DNA of 64,000 bases. Origin: Hyphomonas sp. (GTDB taxonomy: Bacteria; Pseudomonadota; Alphaproteobacteria; Caulobacterales; Hyphomonadaceae). Below the pieces are notes generated by a model. That model worked only from the letters and a program-made list of their open reading frames with translations. It was not told the origin of the DNA and made no database searches. The stretch is from assembly GCF_036964145.1 (NCBI RefSeq), contig NZ_JBALUC010000005.1:83012-147011 (forward strand), read 5' to 3'. Made by a program: the position numbers and the translations under genes. This document shows, in pieces, positions 20,844 through 33,282 of this stretch. The number at the start of each line of letters is the position of its first letter. The first letter of the stretch is position 1.

Positions 20844-21083
20844 ATGTCCATACGCGTGACCCTCGACCGAGTGCTTCTTGACCGCCGCATGTCCCTGACA
20901 GAGCTGTCGGAACGCGTCGGCGTAACGCTCGCCAATCTCTCAATCCTGAAAACCGGCAAGGCAAAGGCCGTTCGGTTCTCGACGCTTGAAGCGCTCTGCC
21001 GCGAGCTGGAGTGTCAGCCGGGTGACCTGCTCACCTTCGATGACGAAGATTCAGCCGACCATGAACAGGTCGCGGCCGAGTAG
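20844..21083 (+). CDS. Small XRE (YozG-like) HTH regulator
   Basis: MSIRVTLDRVL...LANLSILKTGKAKAVRFSTLEALC..L.CQPGDLL; AGGAG RBS. Confidence 0.9.
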   Translation: MSIRVTLDRVLLDRRMSLTELSERVGVTLANLSILKTGKAKAVRFSTLEALCRELECQPGDLLTFDDEDSADHEQVAAE

Positions 21084-21470
21084 ATGGACCGCCGGCGCGC
21101 CCTGCCCTTCAATCCGGGCGATGTGGTCTCAGTCAGGTTTGGCGCGGTCCTGTCGCATTATGGCGTGGTAACGTCCCGCGGAACCATCATCAGTAATTCC
21201 CGCCTGCATGATGGCGTGATCGAACAGCGCCCGGAAGACTTCGCCACGGGCCGCACCATTCGCCTGCATCGCCGCTATAGCTCGCTCGACGGCCATCTCG
21301 TGGAGGGCCGCGCTCGCCGCCAGCTTGGCCGTGATTACGATCTGTTCGGCTCCAATTGCGGCCATCTCGTCCGCCACGCGCATCGCCGCAGGCCGACGCC
21401 CCTGCAGATTGGCGCGGCGACTGTGCGGGCGCTCGGCGACATGCTATCCAGCACACGCAATCCTTACTGA
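21084..21470 (+). CDS. LRAT/NC-domain (NlpC/P60-superfamily) protein
   Basis: SHYGV ... YDLFGSNCGHLV (His plus NC catalytic motif). Confidence 0.75.
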   Translation: MDRRRALPFNPGDVVSVRFGAVLSHYGVVTSRGTIISNSRLHDGVIEQRPEDFATGRTIRLHRRYSSLDGHLVEGRARRQLGRDYDLFGSNCGHLVRHAHRRRPTPLQIGAATVRALGDMLSSTRNPY

Positions 21471-21512
21471 ACCAGACGGGGAACGCGGGCGAGAGCCCGG
21501 CGTAACTGCTGC

Positions 21513-22010
21513 ATGACCCACAAAATTGCCTGCGCGATGCTCGCCCTGATTCTTCCCCTCACAGCCTGCGGTGGGGACAAGGAAGTCGGCGAATTCAAGA
21601 ATGACTGGCTCGGCAATGAGATCAAGATAAAGCAATTGGAGGATCCGAAGATTGAAGGCGTCGTCTGTCATCTCTCCTATTTCGATCGCGGCGTCTGGGA
21701 CCGGATCGGCAAGGGCAACTGGTTCGAAAACCCCTCCAATTCCTCAATCTCCTGCCTGCAGTCTGGCCCGATCCGCATCGGCCGGATTGATCTCGACAAA
21801 TCGGGCGAGGAAGTGTTCGACCAGAATCAAAGCCTCGTTTTCAAGCAGCTCGCCGTGCGCCGCATCTATGATGCGGACTCCGACAGCCTGATGTACGTTT
21901 CCTACAGCCGCAAGATCGTGGACGGCTCGGCCAAGATGAGCCTGTCGACCGTGCCCCTGTTTGACCGCGACGTGACCTGGCAGAACGGGAAGCCGGCTTC
22001 CGGCGACTAG
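21513..22010 (+). CDS. creA: CreA family protein (lipoprotein signal)
   Basis: DPKIEGVVCH, SISC.Q.GPI, SLVFK.L.VRRIYD, YSRKIVDGS.K.S.STVP. Confidence 0.85.
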   Translation: MTHKIACAMLALILPLTACGGDKEVGEFKNDWLGNEIKIKQLEDPKIEGVVCHLSYFDRGVWDRIGKGNWFENPSNSSISCLQSGPIRIGRIDLDKSGEEVFDQNQSLVFKQLAVRRIYDADSDSLMYVSYSRKIVDGSAKMSLSTVPLFDRDVTWQNGKPASGD

Positions 22011-22086
22011 GCCGTTCCGGTCCAAATCGCAGCCTTTCGGATTTCACGTATGGACGCCGCCCGATCAGGCGGCCATCTGGCAAGGC

Positions 22087-22515
22087 ATGACCCTTCGTAT
22101 TCGATCCGCAGAAGATCGCCGCCGCGAGATTCAGGAAAATGCCGCCCGTCTTGGCATCGACGAGGCGTTCATCTCGGACCTTGTCGATGCTTTCTATACG
22201 CGCGTGCGACCCCATCCGCTGCTCGGCCCCGTCTTCGAGGGCGAGATCGGGGACCATTGGGGCCCGCATCTCGCCACGATGAAGGATTTCTGGTCGTCCG
22301 TCGCGATGAATACCGGGCGGTATTCCGGAAAGCCCTTCCCGGCACATATGAAATTGACGGGCATCACGCCCGCCCATTTCAATATCTGGCTCGCTCTGTT
22401 CAGGCTGACCCTGGAAGACCTGACCAGCAATGCCGAAACGGTCGACTATTTCATGGAACGCGCCAACCGGATTGCCCGCAGCTTCCAGCTCGGCATGTTC
22501 GAACTGGGCACCTAG
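22087..22515 (+). CDS. Group III truncated hemoglobin
   Basis: [41 protein letters not shown]. Confidence 0.92.
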   Translation: MTLRIRSAEDRRREIQENAARLGIDEAFISDLVDAFYTRVRPHPLLGPVFEGEIGDHWGPHLATMKDFWSSVAMNTGRYSGKPFPAHMKLTGITPAHFNIWLALFRLTLEDLTSNAETVDYFMERANRIARSFQLGMFELGT

Positions 22516-23237
22516 CCCAGCGCGGCCCGCTGGGCCTCGAACAATTCCATGCAGCCCTTTTCGGCAAGGCGCAGCATTTCATCCAGTTCCACGCGCGTCA
22601 TTGGGCGCTCTTCGCCAGTGCCCTGGACCTCGATGAACCCGCCATCGGAACTCATGACGACATTCATGTCGGCTTCGCCGCGTGAGTCTTCCGGATAGTC
22701 CACATCCAGGACCGGATTGTCCTGATAGATGCCGACCGAAATGGCCGCCGCCTGCTTGGCGATCGGGTTCGCCGAGATGACGCCTTCAGCGCGCAGATAG
22801 CGACACGCCATCGCCAGGGCCACAAAACCGCCGGTGATTGAGGCTGTCCGCGTGCCGCCATCGGCCTGCAACACGTCACAATCGATCGTGATCTGGTTTT
22901 CGCCGAGCGCCTTGAGGTCACAAACCGACCGCAGGGAACGCCCAATCAGGCGCTGGATTTCCTGCGTGCGGCCGGATTGTTTGCCGGAGGCGGCTTCCCG
23001 GCGACCACGTGTATGCGTCGCGCGGGGCAGCATGCCGTATTCCGCCGTAACCCAGCCCTTGCCCTGCCCTTTCAGCCAGGGCGGCACACTCTTTTCCCAG
23101 CTGGCCGTGCACAGGACATGCGTATTGCCGAATTTGGCGAGACATGATCCCTCGGCATAGCGGGTCACATTGGTCTCCAGCGTCACCTCGCGGAGCTGGT
23201 CAAAAGCGCGTCCGGACGGACGGATAAGCGTGCTCAT
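22512..23237 (-). CDS. rph: Ribonuclease PH
   Basis: [41 protein letters not shown]. Confidence 0.97.
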   Translation of the reverse strand: MSTLIRPSGRAFDQLREVTLETNVTRYAEGSCLAKFGNTHVLCTASWEKSVPPWLKGQGKGWVTAEYGMLPRATHTRGRREAASGKQSGRTQEIQRLIGRSLRSVCDLKALGENQITIDCDVLQADGGTRTASITGGFVALAMACRYLRAEGVISANPIAKQAAAISVGIYQDNPVLDVDYPEDSRGEADMNVVMSSDGGFIEVQGTGEERPMTRVELDEMLRLAEKGCMELFEAQRAALG

Positions 23238-23325
23238 CTTGAAATCCTCTTTGCTGCCCTGCCTGATTGCGGGTTTTGGCGCGCCTGTCTACACCGGGAA
23301 AGAGGTTCACTACTGGTGGGGAAAC

Positions 23326-24996
23326 ATGCCGACAGATATCGAGATTGCCCGGAACGCGAAGAAGCGGCCCATCCACGAACTGGCCGAGGCGCTCGAAATC
23401 GATGTGGCCAACCTTATCCCCTATGGGCACGACAAGGCGAAGATCGCCGGCGATCATCTCGCCGCGATCAAGTCAAAGCCCGATGGCAAGCTGATCCTGG
23501 TCACTGCCGTCAATCCCACGCCCGCCGGCGAAGGCAAGACCACCACCAGCATCGGCCTGACTGATGCAATGAACCGGATTGGTGAACGGACCCTGCTCTG
23601 CCTGCGCGAGCCTTCCTTGGGCCCCTGCTTCGGGATGAAAGGCGGCGCGACAGGCGGCGGACAGGCACAAGTGGTGCCGATGGAGGACATCAACCTCCAT
23701 TTCACCGGCGACTTCCACGCCATTACATCCGCCCACAATTTGCTGGCGGCCATGATCGACAATCATGTTCACTGGGGCGGGGAAAGCGGCATCGATCCCA
23801 CACGGATCAGCTGGCGGCGCGTCATGGACATGAATGACCGCAACCTCCGCAATGTCGTCACCGGCCTGGGCGGCAGCCCGAATGGCACGCCGATGGAAAC
23901 GGGGTTTGACATCACTGTTGCCTCGGAGATCATGGCCATCCTCTGCCTCGCCAAAGATGCCCACGACCTTCAGGACCGGCTGGAACGCATGGTCATCGGC
24001 TATCGCCGCGGGCGCGTGGCGGTCACAGCCAAGGAAATGAACGCCGTCGGCGCCATGATGGCCTTGCTGAAAGACGCCATGCTGCCAAACCTCGTCCAGA
24101 CCCTGGAAGGCAACCCCGCGCTGATCCATGGCGGCCCGTTCGCCAATATTGCGCATGGCTGCAGCTCGGTCATCGCGACACAGGCCGCGCTCAAGATGGC
24201 GGATTTCGTCGTCACCGAAGCCGGCTTCGGCGCGGATCTTGGCGCCGAGAAATTCTTCAACATCAAATGCCGGCAGGCAGGCCTCGCGCCCAGCGCAGCC
24301 GTGCTCGTCGCCACCGTCCGCGCGCTCAAGATGCATGGCGGCGTGTCCAAGGAAGACGCCGGAACGGTCAGCTATGACTCGCTGGAAAGAGGCCTCGCCA
24401 ATCTCGGCCGCCACATCGAGAATGTGAAACAGTTCAATGTTCCGGTCGTGGTCGCCATCAATCGGTTCACCTCCGACACCTCCGGAGAGATTGCAGCCAT
24501 CGAAGCCTATTGCGCCCAGCAGGACGTGCCCGTGTCCATCTGCACGCACTGGGCCGAGGGCGGCCACGGCGCCGAGGAACTTGCCCGCACGGTTACCCGC
24601 CTCGCGAACGACACGCCCTCCAGCTTCGAGCCTCTCTATCCGTCGGACATGCCCCTGTTCGAAAAGATCGAGACGGTCGCCCGCCGCATCTACCGCGCAA
24701 GTCATGTCGAAGCAGCTCCCAGAGTCCGCAACCAGCTCGAACGCTGGGAAAAGGCAGGCTTTGGTCAGTTCCCGGTCTGCATGGCGAAAACGCCCTACAG
24801 TTTCTCAAGCGATGCAAAACTGGTCGGCGCTCCAGAGGATCATGTGCTCCATCTGCGCGATGTGCGCCTGTCGGCGGGTGCCGGCTTTGTGGTGGGTATT
24901 TGCGGCGACATTGTCACCATGCCGGGCCTGCCGCGCCAGCCCGCCGCCGAAGGCATGCACCTGAACAGCAGCGGCCAGATCGAAGGCCTCTCCTGA
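23326..24996 (+). CDS. fhs: Formate--tetrahydrofolate ligase
   Basis: [46 protein letters not shown]. Confidence 0.97.
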   Translation: MPTDIEIARNAKKRPIHELAEALEIDVANLIPYGHDKAKIAGDHLAAIKSKPDGKLILVTAVNPTPAGEGKTTTSIGLTDAMNRIGERTLLCLREPSLGPCFGMKGGATGGGQAQVVPMEDINLHFTGDFHAITSAHNLLAAMIDNHVHWGGESGIDPTRISWRRVMDMNDRNLRNVVTGLGGSPNGTPMETGFDITVASEIMAILCLAKDAHDLQDRLERMVIGYRRGRVAVTAKEMNAVGAMMALLKDAMLPNLVQTLEGNPALIHGGPFANIAHGCSSVIATQAALKMADFVVTEAGFGADLGAEKFFNIKCRQAGLAPSAAVLVATVRALKMHGGVSKEDAGTVSYDSLERGLANLGRHIENVKQFNVPVVVAINRFTSDTSGEIAAIEAYCAQQDVPVSICTHWAEGGHGAEELARTVTRLANDTPSSFEPLYPSDMPLFEKIETVARRIYRASHVEAAPRVRNQLERWEKAGFGQFPVCMAKTPYSFSSDAKLVGAPEDHVLHLRDVRLSAGAGFVVGICGDIVTMPGLPRQPAAEGMHLNSSGQIEGLS

Positions 24997-25061
24997 TCGG
25001 CACTCAGTATGGGATGTGAAACCTGTTGAACGCGGGGCGACGCGCGCCTAATCAATAAGGG

Positions 25062-26153
25062 ATGATCCAGCCACTCGACACGCACTCCCTGTTGCAGCGC
25101 CTCGACCAGCGCTCGCGCGACATTTTCCGGGAGATTGTCGAAGGCTACCTGACCACGGGCGAACCGGTCGGCTCCCGCACGCTGTCGAAAAGCGGTATTG
25201 CCCTGTCCCCTGCGTCCATCCGCAATGTGATGGCAGATCTGACCGAACTCGGCCTGCTGGAATCGCCCCACATCTCTGCCGGACGCGCCCCCACCCATAC
25301 CGGCCTGCGCCTGTTCGTGGACGGCTTCCTCGAAATCGGCGAGCCGAGCCGCGACGACCGGATGGAAATCGACGACCGGCTGAAATCCGCAGGCACCGAC
25401 ATCGAAGCCGTCATGGGCGAAGCCTCGAACATCCTCTCCGGCCTGACCGGGGGCGCGGGCCTCGTCTCGTCCCCGACCCGCGACGCGGTGGTAAGGCACG
25501 CCGAATTCGTGCCGCTCGGCGGACGCGAAGCGCTGTGCGTGATTGTCACCGAGGATGGAGATGTCGAGAACCGCATCGTCGAAGTGCCCGAGGGCCTGCC
25601 AGCCACCACACTGATCGAGGCCGGCAATTATCTCTCGACTCGCGTGCGCGGCCGGACCCTGTCGGAAGTCGCCAGCGATATCCGTCTGGAATTGCGCTCT
25701 CATCGCGCCGCGCTGGACCAGGCCGCCTCTTCCCTTGTCGAACAGGGGCTCGCGCAATGGAGCGGTGATGCGCCCGGACGGGGACGCTCCCTGATCGTGC
25801 GGGGCCGCGCGAATTTGCTCGAAGATGCACAGGCCGCGGAAGACCTTGACCGGGTGCGCCAGCTGTTCAACGAACTTGAACGCCAGCAAAGCCTGCTTGA
25901 TATCCTCGATACGACCCGCGAAGCCGATGGGGTTCGCCTTTTCATCGGGGCGGAGAACCAGCTTTTCCCGCTATCGGGTTCAAGTGTGATTGTAGCTCCC
26001 TATATGGGAGGCGGAAAACAGGTTATCGGCGCACTTGGCGTGATTGGCCCCACCAGGCTGAATTATGCCCGCGTGATACCCATGGTGGATTATACGGCGA
26101 AAGTGGTCGGGCAGCTCCTGTCCACACGCCGCAAGAAGGAAACAAATGGATGA
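25062..26153 (+). CDS. hrcA: Heat-inducible transcription repressor HrcA
   Basis: GEPVGSRTL, SPASIRNVM, PHISAGRAPT, GVIGPTRLNY. Confidence 0.96.
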   Translation: MIQPLDTHSLLQRLDQRSRDIFREIVEGYLTTGEPVGSRTLSKSGIALSPASIRNVMADLTELGLLESPHISAGRAPTHTGLRLFVDGFLEIGEPSRDDRMEIDDRLKSAGTDIEAVMGEASNILSGLTGGAGLVSSPTRDAVVRHAEFVPLGGREALCVIVTEDGDVENRIVEVPEGLPATTLIEAGNYLSTRVRGRTLSEVASDIRLELRSHRAALDQAASSLVEQGLAQWSGDAPGRGRSLIVRGRANLLEDAQAAEDLDRVRQLFNELERQQSLLDILDTTREADGVRLFIGAENQLFPLSGSSVIVAPYMGGGKQVIGALGVIGPTRLNYARVIPMVDYTAKVVGQLLSTRRKKETNG

Positions 26154-26764
26154 GCGACGAAACCAAACCCGGCGAAACCGCTGAAATCGATTCCAATGCC
26201 TCCAAGGCAGACCTGAAAGCGGCTGCGGACGATATCCTGAAGTCTGCGCCCAAACAGGCGGATGAACCTGAAACGACGGCGGACATTGATCCTGTGCAGC
26301 GACTTGAAATCGAGAAAGAAGAGCTGCGCGAGCAATTGTTGCGCACGCTGGCTGACCTAGACAACACGCGCAAGCGCGCCGAGCGTCAGGTTGCGGATGC
26401 CCGCATCTACGCTATCGAAAAATTTGCCGGCGACCTGCTCAGCGTGTCGGACAACCTTTCCCGCGCCCTCGCAGCCTTGACGGATGACGACCGCGCCGCC
26501 CTGTCAGAGGCGGGCCGGAACCTGTTCGAAGGCATCGAGATGACGGAAAAGGAGCTTCACACAGCCCTCGCCCGTCATGGCGTCACGGTGATTGCCGCCC
26601 TGCCCGGCGACACATTCGATCCGAATTTGCATCAGGCCGTTGCAAACATTCCGTCTGACCAGCCAAACGGCACCATAGCGTCCTGCTTCCAGCCCGGCTG
26701 GAAGATCGGCGAACGCACCCTGCGCGCCGCCATGGTGGCCGTTAGCGCCGGCGCGGCGAACTGA
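26150..26764 (+). CDS. grpE: Nucleotide exchange factor GrpE
   Basis: LRTLADLDNTRKR, FDPNLHQAV, QPGW.IGERTLRAAMV.V; ATGA overlap with hrcA. Confidence 0.96.
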   Translation: MSDETKPGETAEIDSNASKADLKAAADDILKSAPKQADEPETTADIDPVQRLEIEKEELREQLLRTLADLDNTRKRAERQVADARIYAIEKFAGDLLSVSDNLSRALAALTDDDRAALSEAGRNLFEGIEMTEKELHTALARHGVTVIAALPGDTFDPNLHQAVANIPSDQPNGTIASCFQPGWKIGERTLRAAMVAVSAGAAN

Positions 26765-27610
26765 TCAACGACTGACTTTCCAGACAGTCACTGTATTCTG
26801 CCCCCAATTGGGTACGATCACTGTATCGCCGATCACGGTGAGGTCATTCTGCATGACCTCACCATCGACCAATGTCGTGACGACGCCGTCCTTACCGACA
26901 TAATGGATCTGGCCGGGCCACGAAGAAACCAGGTAGCCGCCGCCGGGGACGAGTCCGATCCCGTCGGCATTCTTCATGCCGGACGCAATTTCGGTCAATT
27001 CGCCTTCCGCGGTCACGCTGAACAGACTGCCGGTGGTCATGGTAGAAACAAGCATCCGGTCACCCTCGCCCAGAAGGCCGTTCACGCCTGCGAGCCGCTC
27101 GTCCTGCAGCCAGAGCTCAGCCGCGCCGTCTGAAATCCGGTAGATCGCGGCGTCGCCGGAATCCGAAACATAGATCGCGCCATCCCAGGGCGTGGCATCA
27201 TTCAGGAATTTGGCGCCCTCGATGCGTACTTTTCCGAGACGCTTGCCGTCGGCGACCCCGAACATGACCACATTATCGATATCAGTCGCGTATAGCGCGC
27301 CATCCAGCACAGCCATGCCTTTCGGGGCATCCAGCTTCGCGGCCCAGTAGCGCTTGGTGATGACGCCGTCATGCGAGAGGTGCGCGATATAGCCATCTCC
27401 ATCCTTTACGCTCCCCTCCCCGACCACATTGGAGATGAAATATCCGCCATCCGGGGCAGCAGCCACGCCTTCGGGACTTTCAAAGCCCTCGGCACTCCAG
27501 GCTTGCTCAATATTGGGGATCGACAGAGCAGCCGCTTCGGGCTCGGCCGGTGCTTGCACGCAGCCCGCCGCAAGCAGGATGGCTGTTATCGGAAGAAATC
27601 TGCGTAACAT
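26765..27610 (-). CDS. SMP-30/gluconolactonase-like beta-propeller lipoprotein
   Basis: Lipobox (LLAAGC); PEG, LDAPKGM, FLND, NGL, ADGI blade motifs. Confidence 0.75.
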   Translation of the reverse strand: MLRRFLPITAILLAAGCVQAPAEPEAAALSIPNIEQAWSAEGFESPEGVAAAPDGGYFISNVVGEGSVKDGDGYIAHLSHDGVITKRYWAAKLDAPKGMAVLDGALYATDIDNVVMFGVADGKRLGKVRIEGAKFLNDATPWDGAIYVSDSGDAAIYRISDGAAELWLQDERLAGVNGLLGEGDRMLVSTMTTGSLFSVTAEGELTEIASGMKNADGIGLVPGGGYLVSSWPGQIHYVGKDGVVTTLVDGEVMQNDLTVIGDTVIVPNWGQNTVTVWKVSR

Positions 27611-27682
27611 CTGTCGTCCCCTCTTTGCTTTTGGGCACTATGCCCAATGGGAGACAGGAACGTCCAGCCTTTCCGAGGCCCC

Positions 27683-27895
27683 TCAGCCCATAGGTTCAAG
27701 CGCGTTGCGTCTGCGACCCGGCAGGCGGGCCCACAGCCGCTCATGGAAGGTGTAGGCAATTGTCTGCACCGCAGGCTCGATCAGGCCGATGGCGAGGGCA
27801 GCATGCCAGTTGCGCGTCAGGGCAAACGCCACGGCAATGGCAACCGTCAGATGCATCAGGCTATAGGTCATTGTCTTGATAAGTTGGCGCGGCAT
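27683..27895 (-). CDS. DUF2061-like small membrane protein
   Basis: KTMTYSLMHLTVA..VA..LT..W..AL.IG.IEP.VQT.AY.FHER.W. Confidence 0.8.
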   Translation of the reverse strand: MPRQLIKTMTYSLMHLTVAIAVAFALTRNWHAALAIGLIEPAVQTIAYTFHERLWARLPGRRRNALEPMG

Positions 27896-28028
27896 GGAAT
27901 TTCCTTTCACACCGATTGATGTAGTGCGAGTGAGAACCATTATCAAATAAATAGACATGGAAGCTGCCATAGGGCCGATCTATCGCAGCTAAGCACCAAA
28001 ATCCTGTACAGCTACGTATTGCTACCCC

Positions 28029-28056
28029 CTTGAGACACGCTAAACCCTTCCCATAT
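28029..28056 (+). promoter_or_regulatory. Sigma32 (RpoH) promoter of dnaK
   Basis: CTTGAG-N15-CCCATAT about 145 nt upstream of dnaK, matching the heat-shock consensus CTTGAA...CCCATnT. Confidence 0.7.
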
Positions 28057-28199
28057 CGCAAGTCGAACCGGCGCACGGATGAAACCCGTTACCGCCGCCT
28101 CATTTGAACCCTTGGAAAGAGCCACTGGCTGTCCGGGGCTGCTGAGCAGACCGCAACAGAACATGGCCCGTGGCGGCTTGATAAAAAGAGAGATGCAAC

Positions 28200-30113
<1,914 letters not shown>

Positions 30114-30132
30114 GGCGGCTGACCACACCTAA

Positions 30133-30171
30133 AAGAAAAACCCGCCGGATCGCTCCGGCGGGTTTTTTCTT
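30133..30171. terminator. Bidirectional intrinsic terminator after dnaK
   Basis: AAAAACCCGCCGGA-tcgc-TCCGGCGGGTTTTTT. Confidence 0.9.
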
Positions 30172-30186
30172 GGTCAGTTCAGCTAT

Positions 30187-30495
30187 TCAGGATCCGGCCG
30201 GCCGAACAAATTGCGCGCCCACCAGAATGCCGGTCTGCCACCGCCTCTGACACGGCACGACCAGCTCCACGGCTCCGCTCGGCGACAGCAGCTGCAGGTC
30301 GAACTCTGTCGGCACCATCCAGATTTCCTGGAGCTTCAGCTTGGCCCCGGTCGCGGACAGGTCACGCACCACCACATCAACTGAACTGTGACGACGGTTC
30401 ATGACAATTCGCCCCCGCCGCAATGTGCGCAGGCGCTGGGTCGCGCGATCCTGTGAGGGTTGTTCGTCGGTATCTTTGGAAGTGTCTTCAGTCAT
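30187..30495 (-). CDS. PilZ domain protein (copy 2)
   Basis: RxxxR (RATQR) and DLSATG (D/NxSxxG) c-di-GMP motifs. Confidence 0.82.
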   Translation of the reverse strand: MTEDTSKDTDEQPSQDRATQRLRTLRRGRIVMNRRHSSVDVVVRDLSATGAKLKLQEIWMVPTEFDLQLLSPSGAVELVVPCQRRWQTGILVGAQFVRPAGS

Positions 30496-30624
30496 GCGGG
30501 ATTTATGCGTGAGAATTGGTTCGGTTCAGCGGCCGACTGCAATTGGCACGACAGTCGGCCGAGTGTGTTGAAACGCGCCGGAGCGATCCGGCGGCGCACT
30601 TACGAGAAACGAAGACAGAAGCGA

Positions 30625-30924
30625 TCAGGGCGCGACATACTGGGCGCCAAGATGATCGCCGCTTTGCCATTTCTTCTGGCACGGGACGATCGTCTCCACC
30701 GTGCCCAGAGGCGTGACAATCTGCAAGTCGAATTCGGTGGGGACGGCCCATACCGTGGGCAGTTTCAATTGCGCCCCGCCTTCCGATACATCGCGGACAA
30801 GGGCGTCAAACGTACTGTAGGAATTGTTAACGACCACGCGGGCACGGCGGAGGGTACGCCGCCGCGCTGCCCCGCGTCGCTCAGAAGAAGCGGCGGGAAA
30901 TGTCTGTGCAAGATTGTCTGCCAT
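30625..30924 (-). CDS. PilZ domain protein (copy 1)
   Basis: ERRGAARR and DVSEGG motifs; paralog of the adjacent gene. Confidence 0.85.
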   Translation of the reverse strand: MADNLAQTFPAASSERRGAARRRTLRRARVVVNNSYSTFDALVRDVSEGGAQLKLPTVWAVPTEFDLQIVTPLGTVETIVPCQKKWQSGDHLGAQYVAP

Positions 30925-30999
30925 GCCTCAGCATTACAGAGAACTCACAGGAATTTCCCGCCGGGATAGCAGTGTATCAGCAGTTGTCCCGGAATGGGA

Positions 31000-31989
31000 C
31001 TAGATCACGACGACAACCTTGCCCTGCGCTTTCCGGTCCATCAGCTCCTGAATCGCATCGGCTGATTTCTCGAGCGGATAGGTGTTTGAGACGTGTGGCC
31101 GGATCTTGCCTTCGCCGTACAGCTTGAACAGTTCCGCCACATTCTGCTGGTGCGCTTTCGGATCCCGCGCAACCGCCGCGCCCCAGAACACGCCCCGGAT
31201 GTCGCAGCTTTTCAGCAGAGTGAGGTTCAGCGGCAGTTTCGGAATGCCGGCCGGGAATCCAATCACGAGGAAACGGCCTTCCCAGTTCATCGCCCGCACG
31301 GCCGGTTCGGCGTAATTGCCGCCCACGCCATCATAGATGATGTCGACACCGCCACCTGAGACTTCCTTGATGTCGTTTGAAAAGGCTTTCTGGCCGTCCC
31401 GATCCAGTTCACGCGCATAGACGAGGCCCTTGTCGGCGCCTTTCGAGAGACAGAAATCCACCTTTTCCTGGGTGGAGCAGGCTGCGATCACTTCCAGGCC
31501 CATCGCCTTGCCAAGCTCGACGGCCGCAATGCCAACACCGCCCGCGGCGCCGAGGACGAGCAATTTTTCGCCCGGTTTCGGGTCAGCGCGATCCTTGAGC
31601 GCGTAATAGCTGGTGCCATACGTCATCATGAAGGCTGCCGCCTCTTCGAACGGCATCCCTTCCGGAATGGGCATCACGGCGTGCTGTGCCGCGACGGCAT
31701 ATTCCGCCATGCCGCCATTGCCAATCGACGCCAGCACGCGGTCACCTGCCTTCACATGCGAAACGCCTTCGCCGACTTCCTTGACGAAACCGGCGATCTC
31801 ACCACCGGGGGAGAATGGGCGCGGTGGCTTGAACTGGTACATGTCCTGGATGATCAGGGAATCCGGGAAATTCACCCCGCACGCCTTAACTTCGATCAGG
31901 ACCTGACCCTTGCCGCATTCCGGCATGGGCGCCTCTTCCAGCACCAATGTGTCCGGTCCGCCTACTTCCTTGGAGAGCACTGCTTTCAT
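31000..31989 (-). CDS. NADPH:quinone oxidoreductase family (MDR) protein
   Basis: GVNFPD, PFSPGGEIAG, LVLGAAGGVG, GKVVV. Confidence 0.92.
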   Translation of the reverse strand: MKAVLSKEVGGPDTLVLEEAPMPECGKGQVLIEVKACGVNFPDSLIIQDMYQFKPPRPFSPGGEIAGFVKEVGEGVSHVKAGDRVLASIGNGGMAEYAVAAQHAVMPIPEGMPFEEAAAFMMTYGTSYYALKDRADPKPGEKLLVLGAAGGVGIAAVELGKAMGLEVIAACSTQEKVDFCLSKGADKGLVYARELDRDGQKAFSNDIKEVSGGGVDIIYDGVGGNYAEPAVRAMNWEGRFLVIGFPAGIPKLPLNLTLLKSCDIRGVFWGAAVARDPKAHQQNVAELFKLYGEGKIRPHVSNTYPLEKSADAIQELMDRKAQGKVVVVI

Positions 31990-32088
31990 GCCTGCAACTT
32001 CCTTCCCGTCTTGTTGTTTCTGCTCGCAGACGGTAGCGGTGTGGCCGATAAAAGTCCAAGCCTGACGTAGCGGAGAGGTAGCACTCAA

Positions 32089-32961
32089 ATGGCAAAGAAA
32101 TGGGCCCTGGCCCTGCATGGCGGCGCCGGGCCAATCCCCGGACACGACTATTCCCTGCAGGAAGCCCATTTGGCGACCCTGCTGAAGAATGGTGCCAACC
32201 GCCTGCAGGATGGGGAAGCTGCGCTCGACGTGGTCGAAATCATGGTCCAGGGGCTCGAAGAATCCGGCCTTTACCTTGCTGGCAAGGGCGCTGCGCCAAA
32301 CCTTGATGGCGCCTATGAGCTGGACGCCGCCATCATGGATGGCCGCAACCGCACGGCCGGCGCCGTAGGGGCCTTGCAGGGATACCGCAATCCGGTCTCC
32401 TGCGCGCGCGCGGTCATGGAACAGACGCCCAATGTCCTGCTGATCGCCGATGGTGCGCGGAAGCTGCTCGCCAATTCCGGTCTGGAAATCATCGAAGACC
32501 CGGAAGCGTATTATGACCCAGTCGAAGAGATGACGAGTCAGGACATGATCACATCGACCGGAACGGTCGGCGCGGTCGCGCTCGATATTTATGGTGACCT
32601 GTCCGCAGCCACCTCAACCGCGGGCATTCGCGGCAAGACTCCGGGCCGTCTCGGCGACACCCCCCTCGTCGGCGCTGGCACATGGGCAGACGAGCGCTGC
32701 GCCGTCTCCTGCACGGGACTGGGAGAATACTTCATCCGCGCCGCTGCGGCGGCAGATGTGTCTGCCCGCATCCGCTATGGCGGCGCCCAGCTGGAAGCTG
32801 CTGTCCAGGGCGCACTGGATGATGTCCGCATGCTGGGGGGCCAGGGCGGCATGATCGCGGTGTCCGCCAATGGCGACATCTCCGCCCTCTGGAATTCGTC
32901 CGGCCTGAAACGGGCCATGGCAGATTCCAACGGCAGATTCGAAGTAGGAACATTTGGCTGA
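32089..32961 (+). CDS. iaaA: Isoaspartyl peptidase/L-asparaginase (Ntn hydrolase)
   Basis: LALHGGAG, ELDAAIMDG, GTVGAVALD, ATSTAG, GRLGDTP. Confidence 0.88.
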   Translation: MAKKWALALHGGAGPIPGHDYSLQEAHLATLLKNGANRLQDGEAALDVVEIMVQGLEESGLYLAGKGAAPNLDGAYELDAAIMDGRNRTAGAVGALQGYRNPVSCARAVMEQTPNVLLIADGARKLLANSGLEIIEDPEAYYDPVEEMTSQDMITSTGTVGAVALDIYGDLSAATSTAGIRGKTPGRLGDTPLVGAGTWADERCAVSCTGLGEYFIRAAAAADVSARIRYGGAQLEAAVQGALDDVRMLGGQGGMIAVSANGDISALWNSSGLKRAMADSNGRFEVGTFG

Positions 32962-33281
32962 TGGATATTATCCTTTTCATCCTCCTGGGTCTGACCGTTT
33001 TCATCCTGCTACTGGCGCTGCAAATGCGCTGGATGATTTCGGTCGCATTGCGCCGCGCCCTGACAGAAAAGTTCGGCGGTCTGCCCTCCGATACCGAATA
33101 CTGCCAAGGCGTTGCGGATGCAGGCCGCCGCGTCTCGCACACGGAAATCGCAACTCACCTCAACGAAACCTATCCGAGCCAGCTCGGACACCTGCGCCTC
33201 GCGCGGCGCGTGTCGGTCTATACGCTGCCCGTGATGATCGGCCTGCTCGCGATCCTGAGGTTCGGACTGGAGGCCTTCTGA
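32961..33281 (+). CDS. Hypothetical membrane protein (106 aa)
   Basis: TGATG-coupled to iaaA; TM helices at both ends. Confidence 0.7.
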   Translation: MDIILFILLGLTVFILLLALQMRWMISVALRRALTEKFGGLPSDTEYCQGVADAGRRVSHTEIATHLNETYPSQLGHLRLARRVSVYTLPVMIGLLAILRFGLEAF

Positions 33282-33282
33282 T

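Noticed and set aside
24997-28199. CIRCE operator near hrcA/grpE/dnaK
   Set aside because: No TTAGCACTC-N9-GAGTGCTAA seen; only a sigma32-type promoter before dnaK.
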